64,000 nt of DNA, from the NCBI GenBank assembly GCA_028689615.1, contig JAQVCV010000002.1, positions 20,092-84,091 of the forward strand, given 5' to 3'. The stretch comes from Bacteroidales bacterium. Lineage in GTDB: Bacteria > Bacteroidota > Bacteroidia > Bacteroidales > TTA-H9. Shown piece after piece: positions 40,442 through 49,322 of the stretch (within the stretch, counting starts at the first letter, position 1; every line of letters begins with the position of its first letter). The position numbers and the translations under genes were made by a program. Under the pieces are notes generated by a model that worked only from the letters and a program-made list of their open reading frames with translations, ran no database searches and was not told the origin of the DNA.

Positions 40442-40563
40442 GACATTGTATAAACACAGTCAGTTTAAAACAATATAACACCTGACAATCAGGCTCCTGT
40501 TTTTTTGTTGTCATTTTTTCTTTTCTTTGCACCGACGAATTATTAACCAAAAAAGTTCTTTTT

Positions 40564-41778
40564 ATGCGAAAGACTCTACTCGTGCTGACATGCATAGGCA
40601 TGATGGCTACTACCGCGATGGCCGGCGGTTATCAGGTCAGGCTGCAAGGTGCCCGCCAAACCGGGATGGGTTTGATTGGGACCCCTATGGCATTTGGTTC
40701 AAGTTCCATTTTTTACAACCCGGGGGCGATGGGTTTTCATGACTCTCGATTCGATTTTACAATTGGAGGTAGCACCATTCTGTCAAGAATATCCTACCAA
40801 GCCATCGGATCTGATTACTCGGCAAAAACCGATAACCCGGTGAGTACGCCTTTTTTCTTCTATGCACAGGCCAAGATTACCGAAAAACTGGTGGCAGGTG
40901 TAGGTGTTTATACCCCTTACGGAAGCAAAAGCGTGTGGCCCGACGACTGGAAAGGCCGTTATTTAATTCAGAACATTGGCCTTCAAGCCATCTACATTCA
41001 ACCCACGATCAGCTACAAACTGACCGATTGGCTGGGAATAGGTGCAGGCCTGGTTTTGGTAAACGGCAAAGTTGACCTCGAAAAGGGTGTTCCTTACAAC
41101 GAAGGCTCCAAAGCCACCCTATCAGGAACAGCCAACAGCATGGGTTTCAATGTAGGTGTGTTCATCAAACCATGCGAGAAACTTGCCATCGGAATTGACT
41201 ACAGGTCGCACATCGATACTGAAGTTGAGGGAGGTGATGCAACGTTTTCGGTTCCGGCATCGCTAAACACCCTGATTCCTGCATCAAATAAATTTAATGC
41301 ATCTCTACCCCTTCCGGCAAACCTCGATTTTGGAGTTTCATACAAGGTTAACGAAAAATGGACGGTTGCCTTTGAACTCGATTATGTTTTCTGGGGAAAG
41401 TACGATACTTTAAAATTTACCTTCGAGGAGTCCGGTGACAAACTCAACTCTGTTAATCCGCGCCTCTATTCCAATCGACTGATTCCGCGCATAGGTGCCG
41501 AATATACTTTAAATGAAAAGCTCCAGTTCCGTTTTGGCGCCTACTACGACCAAACCCCTACCAACCAGGACTATTTCAATCCTGAGACTGTAAGTTTAAA
41601 CACCCTTGCCCTTTCGGCAGGTGTAACCTACAAACCATTACCCAACCTTCGTATCGATGTTTCTTACCTGCAATTGCATGGCATGGAGAGCGAACGCTCT
41701 TATCTGCCGGCTAATTTCAGCGGCAAATACAGGTCGTTCACGGCCATTCCCGGCTTGGGAATTACTTACAGTTTTTAA
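40564..41778 (+). CDS. FadL/TodX/OMPP1-family outer-membrane transporter for hydrophobic compounds
   Basis: Signal peptide followed by GGYQVRLQGARQTGMGLIGT (FadL N-terminal hatch motif). About 400 aa. C-terminal Phe (ITYSF). Confidence 0.8.
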   Translation: MRKTLLVLTCIGMMATTAMAGGYQVRLQGARQTGMGLIGTPMAFGSSSIFYNPGAMGFHDSRFDFTIGGSTILSRISYQAIGSDYSAKTDNPVSTPFFFYAQAKITEKLVAGVGVYTPYGSKSVWPDDWKGRYLIQNIGLQAIYIQPTISYKLTDWLGIGAGLVLVNGKVDLEKGVPYNEGSKATLSGTANSMGFNVGVFIKPCEKLAIGIDYRSHIDTEVEGGDATFSVPASLNTLIPASNKFNASLPLPANLDFGVSYKVNEKWTVAFELDYVFWGKYDTLKFTFEESGDKLNSVNPRLYSNRLIPRIGAEYTLNEKLQFRFGAYYDQTPTNQDYFNPETVSLNTLALSAGVTYKPLPNLRIDVSYLQLHGMESERSYLPANFSGKYRSFTAIPGLGITYSF

Positions 41779-41790
41779 CCCGAAAAGACC

Positions 41791-43191
41791 ATGAAAATGA
41801 AAACAAGAAATTTTTTCTTTTTGCTAGCCACTTTGGCCATTGTTGCCTGCCAACCCGAAATCGATGAGTTCCAGGCTGCCCCCGGTACAGCAAATTTCAC
41901 AAAATATGTTTCGATAGGCAACTCACTTACAGCAGGTTACTCAGATGGAGCGTTATACCATTCAGCGCAAATGAACTCCTACCCCTCTATTATGGCAGCT
42001 CAGTTTGCCAAGGCAGGTGGCGGCAACTTTGTTCAGCCGGTTGTTGCCAGCGAGTATGGAGTGCTTCCAGGCAAAAGGGTACTTGGATTTGCAACTGACT
42101 GCAAAGGAGTGACTTCGCTGGCTCCCGTGGCCGCGACAGGAACCCCAGATGGACTGACTCCTGTTGGCTATGCCGTGAATAACTTTGGTGTTCCTGGTGC
42201 TAAATCATACCACCTGCTGGCAGGCCACTATGGCGATCCGGCAGGACTTGTGACTACCCCCATGACGGCCAACCCCTATTTCGTCCGTTTTGCTTCAACC
42301 ATTGAAACAAGTGTTATTGAGGATGTGATGGCTGCCCAACCCACCTTTTTCAGCCTTTGGATAGGCAACAACGACGTGCTTGGCTATGCACTGGCAGGAG
42401 GTGAAAACAACGCTGCCGGCGAAACAGTTACCGACCCTACTTTCTTTAGTACCGTGTACACCGGTATTGTCAACACATTGATGACCACCAAAGCCAAAGG
42501 GGTGCTCGCCAATATTCCCGACATTACATCCATCCCATTCTTCACAACAGTTCCCTACAACGGACTGGTACTCACCGCCGAACAAGCTGCTCAACTCAAC
42601 GGTGCTTATCAGTTGGTTGAAGCATATCTGGCGTCAATTGGTGTGCCTTACACCTACAATTTCAACTTTCAGGCCGGTCCTAATGCCTTCGTGATTGAAG
42701 ACCGCAATTTCCCCATCGCGGCCCTACCCGATTACCTAAAGGTAAGACAAATGAAGCCCGGCGAATTGTTGCTGCTTACCGTTCCGCAAGACGAACTGAA
42801 GTGCAACGGAATGGGATCGTTTGATGCAGTGAACTCCAAGCCATACGGAATACCTCAAAACTATGTTCTCGACGAAGATGAGGTGGCCGCTATCACCACA
42901 GCCACGGCGGCTTACAATGCAACCATTAAATCAGTTGCTCTTGCCAACAACCTGGCTCATGTTGACATGGCCCAAAAACTAAAGGATGCAAAATCGGGTT
43001 TGGTTTACGATGGAGTATCGTTTAACACAACATTTGTTACCGGAGGCATCTTCTCCTTGGACGGTGTGCATATGAACCAACAGGGTGCTGCCATAGTGGC
43101 CAATTATTTTATTGAAGCCATCAACGCTGCCTATTCAGCCACAGTTCCTATGGCCGAAGTAACAGCCTATCCTGGAATTGTTTTCCCGTAA
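41791..43191 (+). CDS. SGNH/GDSL-type hydrolase lipoprotein
   Basis: Lipobox (IVAC). Block I GNSLTAGY (GDSL-like, with Ser as nucleophile). Block III IGNNDVL. Block V DGVHMN (Asp-x-x-His). Immediately downstream of FadL. Confidence 0.65.
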   Translation: MKMKTRNFFFLLATLAIVACQPEIDEFQAAPGTANFTKYVSIGNSLTAGYSDGALYHSAQMNSYPSIMAAQFAKAGGGNFVQPVVASEYGVLPGKRVLGFATDCKGVTSLAPVAATGTPDGLTPVGYAVNNFGVPGAKSYHLLAGHYGDPAGLVTTPMTANPYFVRFASTIETSVIEDVMAAQPTFFSLWIGNNDVLGYALAGGENNAAGETVTDPTFFSTVYTGIVNTLMTTKAKGVLANIPDITSIPFFTTVPYNGLVLTAEQAAQLNGAYQLVEAYLASIGVPYTYNFNFQAGPNAFVIEDRNFPIAALPDYLKVRQMKPGELLLLTVPQDELKCNGMGSFDAVNSKPYGIPQNYVLDEDEVAAITTATAAYNATIKSVALANNLAHVDMAQKLKDAKSGLVYDGVSFNTTFVTGGIFSLDGVHMNQQGAAIVANYFIEAINAAYSATVPMAEVTAYPGIVFP

Positions 43192-43212
43192 AAAACATTT
43201 TAATCCATCGTG

Positions 43213-43245
43213 AAAGAGGCGGGGGTTTCTCCTGCCTCTTTTATT
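43213..43245 (+). terminator. rho-independent terminator after the SGNH hydrolase gene
   Basis: agaggcggg-ggtttctc-ctgcctct followed by tttatttt. Confidence 0.6.
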
Positions 43246-43696
43246 TTACCTCTAAAATTCCTTCAGAAACAACCAAATGCGTATAGTTGGGAATAAAAGG
43301 AACAGGATATGGCAGAGCCGACGACGGGAAAGTTGTTGTAAGAGCAATGCACCCCATACCAGCTGCCAGAGCCGCCTCTATTCCATGAGGGGCATCCTCA
43401 AAAACAAGGCAATTCCCGGGAACCACACCAAGCCTGTGAGCTGCCTTGATAAAGATCTCGGGATTGGGTTTCCCAAATTCGACGTGGGTTGCATCAACCA
43501 CAACATCAAACCAATGCCCCAATTTACCCTGTTCGAGCGTAAAACTGACATTCTCAACAGGAGCACTTGTAGCCAAAGCCAGCGGCAACCCCAACGACTT
43601 CAGTGTATAGCCCACAAAACCAAATGCTCTCCCATTTTTGCCGAAATTTCCTTCACAACTAATTGATTTTAGCCATTTTTGGCCGTTTTTAAACAA
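43241..43696 (-). pseudogene. 5'-truncated HAD-superfamily hydrolase gene (beta-phosphoglucomutase-like C-terminal half only), probably disrupted by prophage insertion
   Basis: Retains HAD motifs III and IV (GKPNPEIF; VFEDAPHGIEAALAAGMGCIAL). Lacks the N-terminal DxDGT nucleophile motif. The in-frame sequence upstream of the TTG 'start' runs only 15 codons to a stop and shows no HAD homology. Confidence 0.55.
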
Positions 43697-43925
43697 ACAG
43701 CGAAAACAGAAACCAATTGTATTCTCTTTAACCAGGCTTTAATTTATGACCCCGACACCGGGGCTAACGGTTATAGAGGTTAAAACAACCCCTCTAAAAG
43801 CCCCAAAAGCCCCGTAAATACAACATAAAACATGCCTCCAACTACACCCTTTTACTCCACCAATATGCTACCCCCACAGGTGGCTTTTTTTGTGATGTGT
43901 GGTACATTAAAAAGGGGCAAAAAAG

Positions 43926-43961
43926 GGGATGGGGATAGGGATGGGGATAGGGATGGGGATA
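43926..43961. repeat. perfect 3 x 12-bp G-rich tandem repeat (gggatggggata)
   Basis: Read directly at 43926-43961. It generates spurious ORFs on both strands (GDRDGDRDGD and IPIPIPIPIP) and forms GGG/GGGG runs separated by 2-3 nt. Confidence 0.9.
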
Positions 43962-44222
43962 GTAAAAAGCGTTTTTTTGGGGTGATTCAGGTATGGAAAC
44001 GACCCAAAAACAGCCAAAAACGGCACAAAAAACACGTTTTCGAGGGGGAAACTACCCCCCTGTTTGTGACGTATAACAGAAAAACACATATAAAAACAGG
44101 CTAGAAAACAGTTAATTACAACATATAAGGCTTGGTAGCACAGCAAAAAAGCGTGCGTGGCGTGGGCGCGTTTGGTTTTGCGCGCGGCTCGCGTTAATGG
44201 GCGAGGCTTATATATAGGTGTA

Positions 44223-44666
44223 CTACCCTGCCTTTCTTTTTTGCCCTTCGTGCGTGGCAAGTCTTTCGGCAAGGTCGGCATTGAGGGCCTTAAGGGTTTC
44301 GATGGTGGTGGTTTGCGAGGCGATGATCTGCTCTCGCAACTCGCACTGCTGGCACGGGCCTGGTGGACGCTCGGCGGCATGGCCAGATGCCTGAGGGTAA
44401 ACCGGTTCTGTGCGTGGGGTTGATTCTTCTTTACGCAACATTGTTCCGTTGCCTGTTAGAAGCCATGTTGTATCAATTTTTTCAGAAATATCTGTATTAA
44501 AGAAGCGTTCAAAGAAGTCGAAAGATGGTTTAGCTTTCTTGTTAAGGATGTCATAAATAGCTTGACTTCTTTTGTAACCTAATGCAACAGCAAAGGAGTT
44601 GGGGTTAAGGTTGTAAAAATCAATGATTTGATTAATTCTTTCAGAAATATTTGTAATATTCTTCAT
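44223..44666 (-). CDS. phage repressor-like HTH DNA-binding protein (Bacteroidota 'WLLTG' family) with C-terminal coiled coil
   Basis: ATG at 44666. HTH ([17 protein letters not shown]) followed by the TTWLLTGNG motif common in Bacteroidota prophage regulators. Divergent from the early operon, like Mu c. Confidence 0.55.
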   Translation of the reverse strand: MKNITNISERINQIIDFYNLNPNSFAVALGYKRSQAIYDILNKKAKPSFDFFERFFNTDISEKIDTTWLLTGNGTMLRKEESTPRTEPVYPQASGHAAERPPGPCQQCELREQIIASQTTTIETLKALNADLAERLATHEGQKRKAG

Positions 44667-44678
44667 TTTTTCTTGCAT

Positions 44679-44737
44679 TTACAGAAAATCTTGTATTATA
44701 TTTGCATCATGTTTAACACAGGCAAATGTAATTAATT
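44679..44737. promoter_or_regulatory. divergent promoter/operator region between repressor-like gene and early operon
   Basis: Contains TATATTTG (a match to the Bacteroidota sigma-A -7 consensus TAnnTTTG) about 30 nt upstream of the ATG at 44738. Also contains repeated TTTGCAT/ATGCAA-like half sites. Confidence 0.45.
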
Positions 44738-44977
44738 ATGGAAGGCAAGAAATTGAAACCAGTACTTTTCCCCGAAAATCGAAAGGTGTCCGCCGTTTTA
44801 CAAAAAGGCGATCGCCAACGGATAGCCACCGAAACGGGCTACACCATTATATCAATACGCGATATGCTGCAAGGCTACCGCCGTATGCCCGATAAGGTGA
44901 AGCAAGCCATAGTGAACCTGATGAACCAGCGGCGCGAACTCAACGCCACGCTCGAACAAATTGTGGAACAAGCTTAA
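44738..44977 (+). CDS. small early protein, Ner/Cro-like DNA-binding protein (putative)
   Basis: 79 aa and basic. It is the first gene of the rightward early operon, directly upstream of the transposase. Assignment is by position only. Confidence 0.35.
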   Translation: MEGKKLKPVLFPENRKVSAVLQKGDRQRIATETGYTIISIRDMLQGYRRMPDKVKQAIVNLMNQRRELNATLEQIVEQA

Positions 44978-45002
44978 AGCACTTTTGATATGGATATGAA
45001 AT

Positions 45003-45503
45003 TTAATTCAAAGGATAATCTTGTTCCTTTTCAATCACTTTCAGAAAGTGATCAGTATAAACTAATAGCCTTATATGGGAATCCTCGTGAAACTCAATGT
45101 ATGGGTAATTCAGGGGCCGGTAAAACCGATCCGGAAATGGATACTCCGGCAAGGCTTTGTAAAATTGAACCCCAACATCAACTCCCTCGAAAGACAACGA
45201 AGGCACTTTGTGAAATATGCAGTCAATTGTCGCCCGAAAATCTTTCCTCTCTACCCTCGTATTTTCATTTGACCGGAAATGGATCAGGTCATATGTGTTT
45301 GTGTCAAATGTTTGACCGGATAAATCGGGATCGAAAGCAAATTGGCATGCCTCAGATATCGCGTAGTCAAGCTTGTAAATTGATGCAAGATGTTTTAGTA
45401 ATTCTAAAATGTGGGGACGATAACAAGCAGCGCTTTCCTGGCCGCAGTAATAGTACACCAAAACATTTAATCTCCAATGTTTAACGCGATTCGTTTTTTT
45501 CAT
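45003..45503 (-). CDS. hypothetical protein (minus-strand ORF; a same-locus plus-strand ORF 44990..45484 is an alternative)
   Basis: 166 aa with aromatic-rich composition, which looks more protein-like than the plus-strand alternative. No motif recognised. Confidence 0.3.
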   Translation of the reverse strand: MKKTNRVKHWRLNVLVYYYCGQESAACYRPHILELLKHLASIYKLDYAISEACQFAFDPDLSGQTFDTNTYDLIHFRSNENTRVERKDFRATIDCIFHKVPSLSFEGVDVGVQFYKALPEYPFPDRFYRPLNYPYIEFHEDSHIRLLVYTDHFLKVIEKEQDYPLN

Positions 45504-45565
45504 GGCCCTTCAATAATATGCGGGTTAATAATCGAATAACGAAGATACAGTAAAAATTAATTGCT

Positions 45566-47572
45566 ATGGAAATCTATAACGGGAAATTGTGCATAACCGG
45601 TACTGAGTTAATTAAGTGCGAGGATAACACAGAGGGTGTGCTTACGTTGCCGAATTATAAATATCTAAAGAGTAATTGTAAACTCAAAGTCCTTCGCCGC
45701 GCTTCCTATGGCACTCCCGCCCTCATAGAGTTCGACAGCATGCCCGATAAGTACAAGCAAGAGTGGATCCGTTTGCACGGCGATCCGCGTAAGCTGCCCG
45801 AGATCGACCCGTGGCTGCGCTCCATCAAGCCCGACTCTGCCGCTTACACCTTCTACAGCCGCTACCGGCTGCCCGACGGGCGACCACTCCCTCCCGAAAA
45901 CATACAGCAGTATTGCGACGATGCCGCCGTGCTCAATGCCCTTCACGAACGCATCACCTCGCTACAGCGCAAGCGCAGCAGCATAGGGCTGACCACAACA
46001 GGCATCTGGCCCCTGGCGGCAGAGCTGGTGTTCAAGGCGCGCCTCCAATGGAAACACAAACTGCCCGAAAACGAGCTGCGCCTGCGCGATAAATACAAGA
46101 GGTATCACGAGGAGGGTTATCTGGCACTGGTGAGCAACAAGTTTGGCAACAGCAATTCGCGCAAGGTAACCTCCGAGATGGAGCGCCTGATCCTGTCGTT
46201 GTATTGCCGCCCCGAAAAACCGTATGTGGCCACCGTTCACCTCGATTACCTGCAATTTTTGGCGGGCAACATCGAGGTGGTCGATTTCAAAACCGGCGAA
46301 ATATTCTCGCCTGCCGATTTCATCAACGACGATGGCACCCCCATCACCGTGTCGGAAGGCACCATAGCCAACATCGTGAACGACCCGCGCAACAAACCGG
46401 TGGTGGGTAAGCTTCGCAACGGTGCCATGACTTACAACAACGAGCACCGGCCCCACCACCACCGCCACAGCCCCGTGTTTGCCCTGTCGAAAATATCGAT
46501 GGACGACCGCGACCTGCCGCGCAAGCTTCACGATGGCTCCCGCGTGAAGGCCTACTATGCCTACGATGTGGCATCGGGTGCCATAGTGGGAGCAGCCTAC
46601 TCGCGCAAGAAGAACCGGTCGCTGTTCGTTGATTGCATGCGCGATATGCTTCGCCGCCTCGATGGCATGGGCATGGGGCTGCCGCTTGAGGTTGAGGTGG
46701 AGCACCATTTGGTAAACGAGTTTGCCGACGACCTGATGAAGGCCGGCGTGGTGTTCCCGTTCGTGCGCTGGTGCAACCCCGGTAACTCGCAAGAGAAGCG
46801 TGCAGAGCATTTCAACAAAGAGAAGAAATATGGCTACGAGAAACGCTACCAGGAAGGCATTGGCCGCTGGTATGCCAAACGCGAGGCCAACCGCACCCGT
46901 AGCGAGAAGGTGTTCGACGAAAACAACGACACCTACCGCGAAAAAACCTACTCGTATGAGCAACTGGTTGCGGAAGACTTGCAGACGGTGGAGCTTTACA
47001 ACTCCGACAAGCGCAAAGGGCGCGATGTGTCGCGAATTGACTACCTGCGCGCCAACGTGAACCCCGGCGTGCTCACCACCATAGACCGCCCGCTGCTGGC
47101 GCGCTACATTGGCGAACGCACCGATTGTTCGGTGGTGCGCAACCAGTATGTGAAGGTGCAATATGGCAAATACGGTTTGCCATCGCCCGAGATGGTCGAT
47201 AGGCTTGAGCCTGGCAACTATGCCGTGCAGGCTTTTTGGATGCCCGGTACCACCATTGGCGAGGTGTACCTTTACCAGGACGACACCTTCATCTGCACAG
47301 CCCGCCCGATGGCCGAATACAACGAAGCCACAGCCGAACAAACCGACGACGACCGCCGCATCTACACCGAACAGGCCAAATACGTGAGCCAGTACGATGC
47401 CCGCGTGCGACAGCGTGCCGCCGAGCTGGCCAGGGTGGTGGTTTTTGATAAGAAGAAAACCACCGAAACGCTTAGCCAGGCATCGGAAGAGGTGGTGATA
47501 AAAGATTTTGTGGAACAACCACTCGAAATGGATGCCGAATACTACCGCCAATTGGCAAAAAACAACCTTTAA
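45566..47572 (+). CDS. DDE transposase, Mu A-like (rve/integrase-core superfamily)
   Basis: 668 aa. Candidate D-D-E triad in typical spacing (SMDDRD ... YAYDVASGAIV ... EVEVEHHLVNE). N-terminal helix-rich DNA-binding region. Followed by a MuB-like ATPase. Confidence 0.7.
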   Translation: MEIYNGKLCITGTELIKCEDNTEGVLTLPNYKYLKSNCKLKVLRRASYGTPALIEFDSMPDKYKQEWIRLHGDPRKLPEIDPWLRSIKPDSAAYTFYSRYRLPDGRPLPPENIQQYCDDAAVLNALHERITSLQRKRSSIGLTTTGIWPLAAELVFKARLQWKHKLPENELRLRDKYKRYHEEGYLALVSNKFGNSNSRKVTSEMERLILSLYCRPEKPYVATVHLDYLQFLAGNIEVVDFKTGEIFSPADFINDDGTPITVSEGTIANIVNDPRNKPVVGKLRNGAMTYNNEHRPHHHRHSPVFALSKISMDDRDLPRKLHDGSRVKAYYAYDVASGAIVGAAYSRKKNRSLFVDCMRDMLRRLDGMGMGLPLEVEVEHHLVNEFADDLMKAGVVFPFVRWCNPGNSQEKRAEHFNKEKKYGYEKRYQEGIGRWYAKREANRTRSEKVFDENNDTYREKTYSYEQLVAEDLQTVELYNSDKRKGRDVSRIDYLRANVNPGVLTTIDRPLLARYIGERTDCSVVRNQYVKVQYGKYGLPSPEMVDRLEPGNYAVQAFWMPGTTIGEVYLYQDDTFICTARPMAEYNEATAEQTDDDRRIYTEQAKYVSQYDARVRQRAAELARVVVFDKKKTTETLSQASEEVVIKDFVEQPLEMDAEYYRQLAKNNL

Positions 47573-47585
47573 AAATCAATGCAAT

Positions 47586-48482
47586 ATGGTTACAACAGAA
47601 GTTAAGTCGAAGATCATGGCGGCCATGCACGAAGCCCGCCGCAATTTCAACGGATCGGCCTCGCGCTTTGCCGTTACACTTGGCATTTCGCCAGCTCAAT
47701 ACAGCCGTGTGGCCAATGGCGACACCGAACACGTGCTATCTGACGCCAACTGGCTTTCGATTGCACGACGTCTTCAGGTAGAACTCAACCCTGCGGCCTC
47801 GTGGAAAGTGGCCAAGACGCCGGTTTACGAGTACATTTACACCCAGCTCACCCACTGCCAGATGCACAGCACATCGGGCTTGCTGTGCGATCTGCCCGAC
47901 ATTGGGAAAACGTTCACTGCAAAGCAGTACATCCGCGAAAACAAGAACGCTGTTTACATTGATTGTTCGCTGGTAAAAAGCAAGCAGCGCATGGTGCGCC
48001 AAATCGCCAAGGAGTTCGGGCTTGCACACCAGGGAAAGTACAGCGATGTGTTTGAAGACCTCATTTTCTTTCTCAAGGGCACTTCACACCCGGCACTCAT
48101 TGTGCTCGACGAGGCAGGCGACCTTTATTACGAAGCATTTTTGGAGCTAAAAGCCCTGTGGAACGCCACCGAACGCTCATGTGGCTGGTACATGATGGGA
48201 GCCGACGGCCTGCGCCACAAGATTGAGCTGGCCATAGAGCACAAGCGGGTGGGTTATGCCGAGTTGTTCAGCCGGTTCGGGTCGCGCTATGGGCGCATCA
48301 CCCCCGCCACAGCCGAGGAGTTGAAGCAGTTCAGGATGCTGCAGGGCAAGATGGTGGTTGATGTAAACTACCTCGCCGATATGAGCACACCAGGCCCCGA
48401 GTATATGCGCCAGGTGCTTGCCCGCACCGACATGTCGCTGCGCCGCATCTACACCGAGATCAAGAAAGTAAGCATAGCGTAA
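47586..48482 (+). CDS. MuB/TniB-like AAA+ transposition ATPase with N-terminal HTH
   Basis: ATG at 47586. HTH (AVTLGISPAQYSRVANG). Walker A (DLPDIGKTF). Walker B (ALIVLDEAGDL). Positioned immediately after the transposase. Confidence 0.6.
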   Translation: MVTTEVKSKIMAAMHEARRNFNGSASRFAVTLGISPAQYSRVANGDTEHVLSDANWLSIARRLQVELNPAASWKVAKTPVYEYIYTQLTHCQMHSTSGLLCDLPDIGKTFTAKQYIRENKNAVYIDCSLVKSKQRMVRQIAKEFGLAHQGKYSDVFEDLIFFLKGTSHPALIVLDEAGDLYYEAFLELKALWNATERSCGWYMMGADGLRHKIELAIEHKRVGYAELFSRFGSRYGRITPATAEELKQFRMLQGKMVVDVNYLADMSTPGPEYMRQVLARTDMSLRRIYTEIKKVSIA

Positions 48483-48492
48483 ACTGTAATTA

Positions 48493-49116
48493 ATGGCAAG
48501 GGCATTCACTATGTCAGAATTGATAAACAGGCGCTACGACGAGATTCAGTTACCCGGCAAGCTGGGCGACCTGGTAGGCTGCCCCGAGTTGTCGGGAAAC
48601 TGGATTATATGGGGCCCCTCTGGCAACGGCAAAACATCGTTCGTGCTTCAATTGCTCAAGGCTTTTGCACAGGCCGGCATCAAGTGCATCTACAACTCAC
48701 TTGAGGAGGGCGATGGCAAAACGCTACAGGCCGCCGCCATTCGCGAGGGTATGGGCGAGGTTTCGGACAAGATACTCGCCCTGCGGCGTGAACCCATCGA
48801 CGATTTGAAGCTTCGGCTTCAGCGGCACAAAAGCCCGCGCGTAATAGTGGTCGACTCGCTGCAATATACTGGCATCAGTTACCCACAGTACAAGGCCCTG
48901 AAGGAAGAGTTTAGCAACAAGCTGTTCATCTGGGTGAGCCATGCCGACGGGCGTGAGCCAGCCAGCCGCACAGCCCGCACCATCCGCTACGACTGCGACG
49001 TGAAGATTCGTATTGAAGGCTTCGTTGCCTACGCCACGAGCCGCTACGGCGGTGGTAAACATTACGTGATCTCCGAGGAGAAAGCACTGGAGCTTAACGG
49101 GAAATTACCTGAATAG
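48493..49116 (+). CDS. RecA-superfamily P-loop ATPase (DnaB C-terminal/KaiC-like fold)
   Basis: Walker A GPSGNGKTSF. A hydrophobic strand plus acidic residue, VIVVDSLQY, resembling the DnaB/RadA Walker B region. Confidence 0.5.
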   Translation: MARAFTMSELINRRYDEIQLPGKLGDLVGCPELSGNWIIWGPSGNGKTSFVLQLLKAFAQAGIKCIYNSLEEGDGKTLQAAAIREGMGEVSDKILALRREPIDDLKLRLQRHKSPRVIVVDSLQYTGISYPQYKALKEEFSNKLFIWVSHADGREPASRTARTIRYDCDVKIRIEGFVAYATSRYGGGKHYVISEEKALELNGKLPE

Positions 49117-49136
49117 AAACCATAAAAACCAGACAC

Positions 49137-49316
49137 ATGGCAAACAAGTCAATTACAAAACAAGTTACCGTGGTGCGTTACAATCCGGCCACGATGTCGC
49201 TCACCTACACGCGCGGAGGCCGCCCCATCGGGGGGCTTCGGGGGAGCGTTGCAGAGCGCACCTTTTTTAAGCATCTCGAAAGCGGGATGCGCATTGAATT
49301 TACAACCAATAATTAA
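49137..49316 (+). CDS. hypothetical small protein (59 aa; not in ORF track)
   Basis: Hand-translated: MANKSITKQVTVVRYNPATMSLTYTRGGRPIGGLRGSVAERTFFKHLESGMRIEFTTNN*. Starts 21 nt after the preceding gene. Confidence 0.25.
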   Translation: MANKSITKQVTVVRYNPATMSLTYTRGGRPIGGLRGSVAERTFFKHLESGMRIEFTTNN

Positions 49317-49322
49317 GATCAT

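Noticed and set aside
43697-44222. Looked for a tRNA/tmRNA gene as phage attachment site at the chromosome/prophage junction
   Set aside because: No cloverleaf-compatible segment (no GTTC-type T-arm with matching acceptor stem). A transposase-driven, Mu-like insertion does not require one.
43832-44380. ORFs 43832..44104 (+) and 43907..44380 (-) with GDRDGDRDGD / IPIPIPIPIP low-complexity stretches
   Set aside because: Both are generated by the 3 x 12-bp G-rich tandem repeat in a non-coding prophage-end region. They are not plausible proteins.
45962-47551. 529-aa minus-strand ORF spanning almost the whole transposase gene
   Set aside because: Antisense to a well-supported DDE transposase. 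Composition is dominated by A/V/G/H/R, which is typical of stop-free antisense frames in high-GC DNA. No motif.
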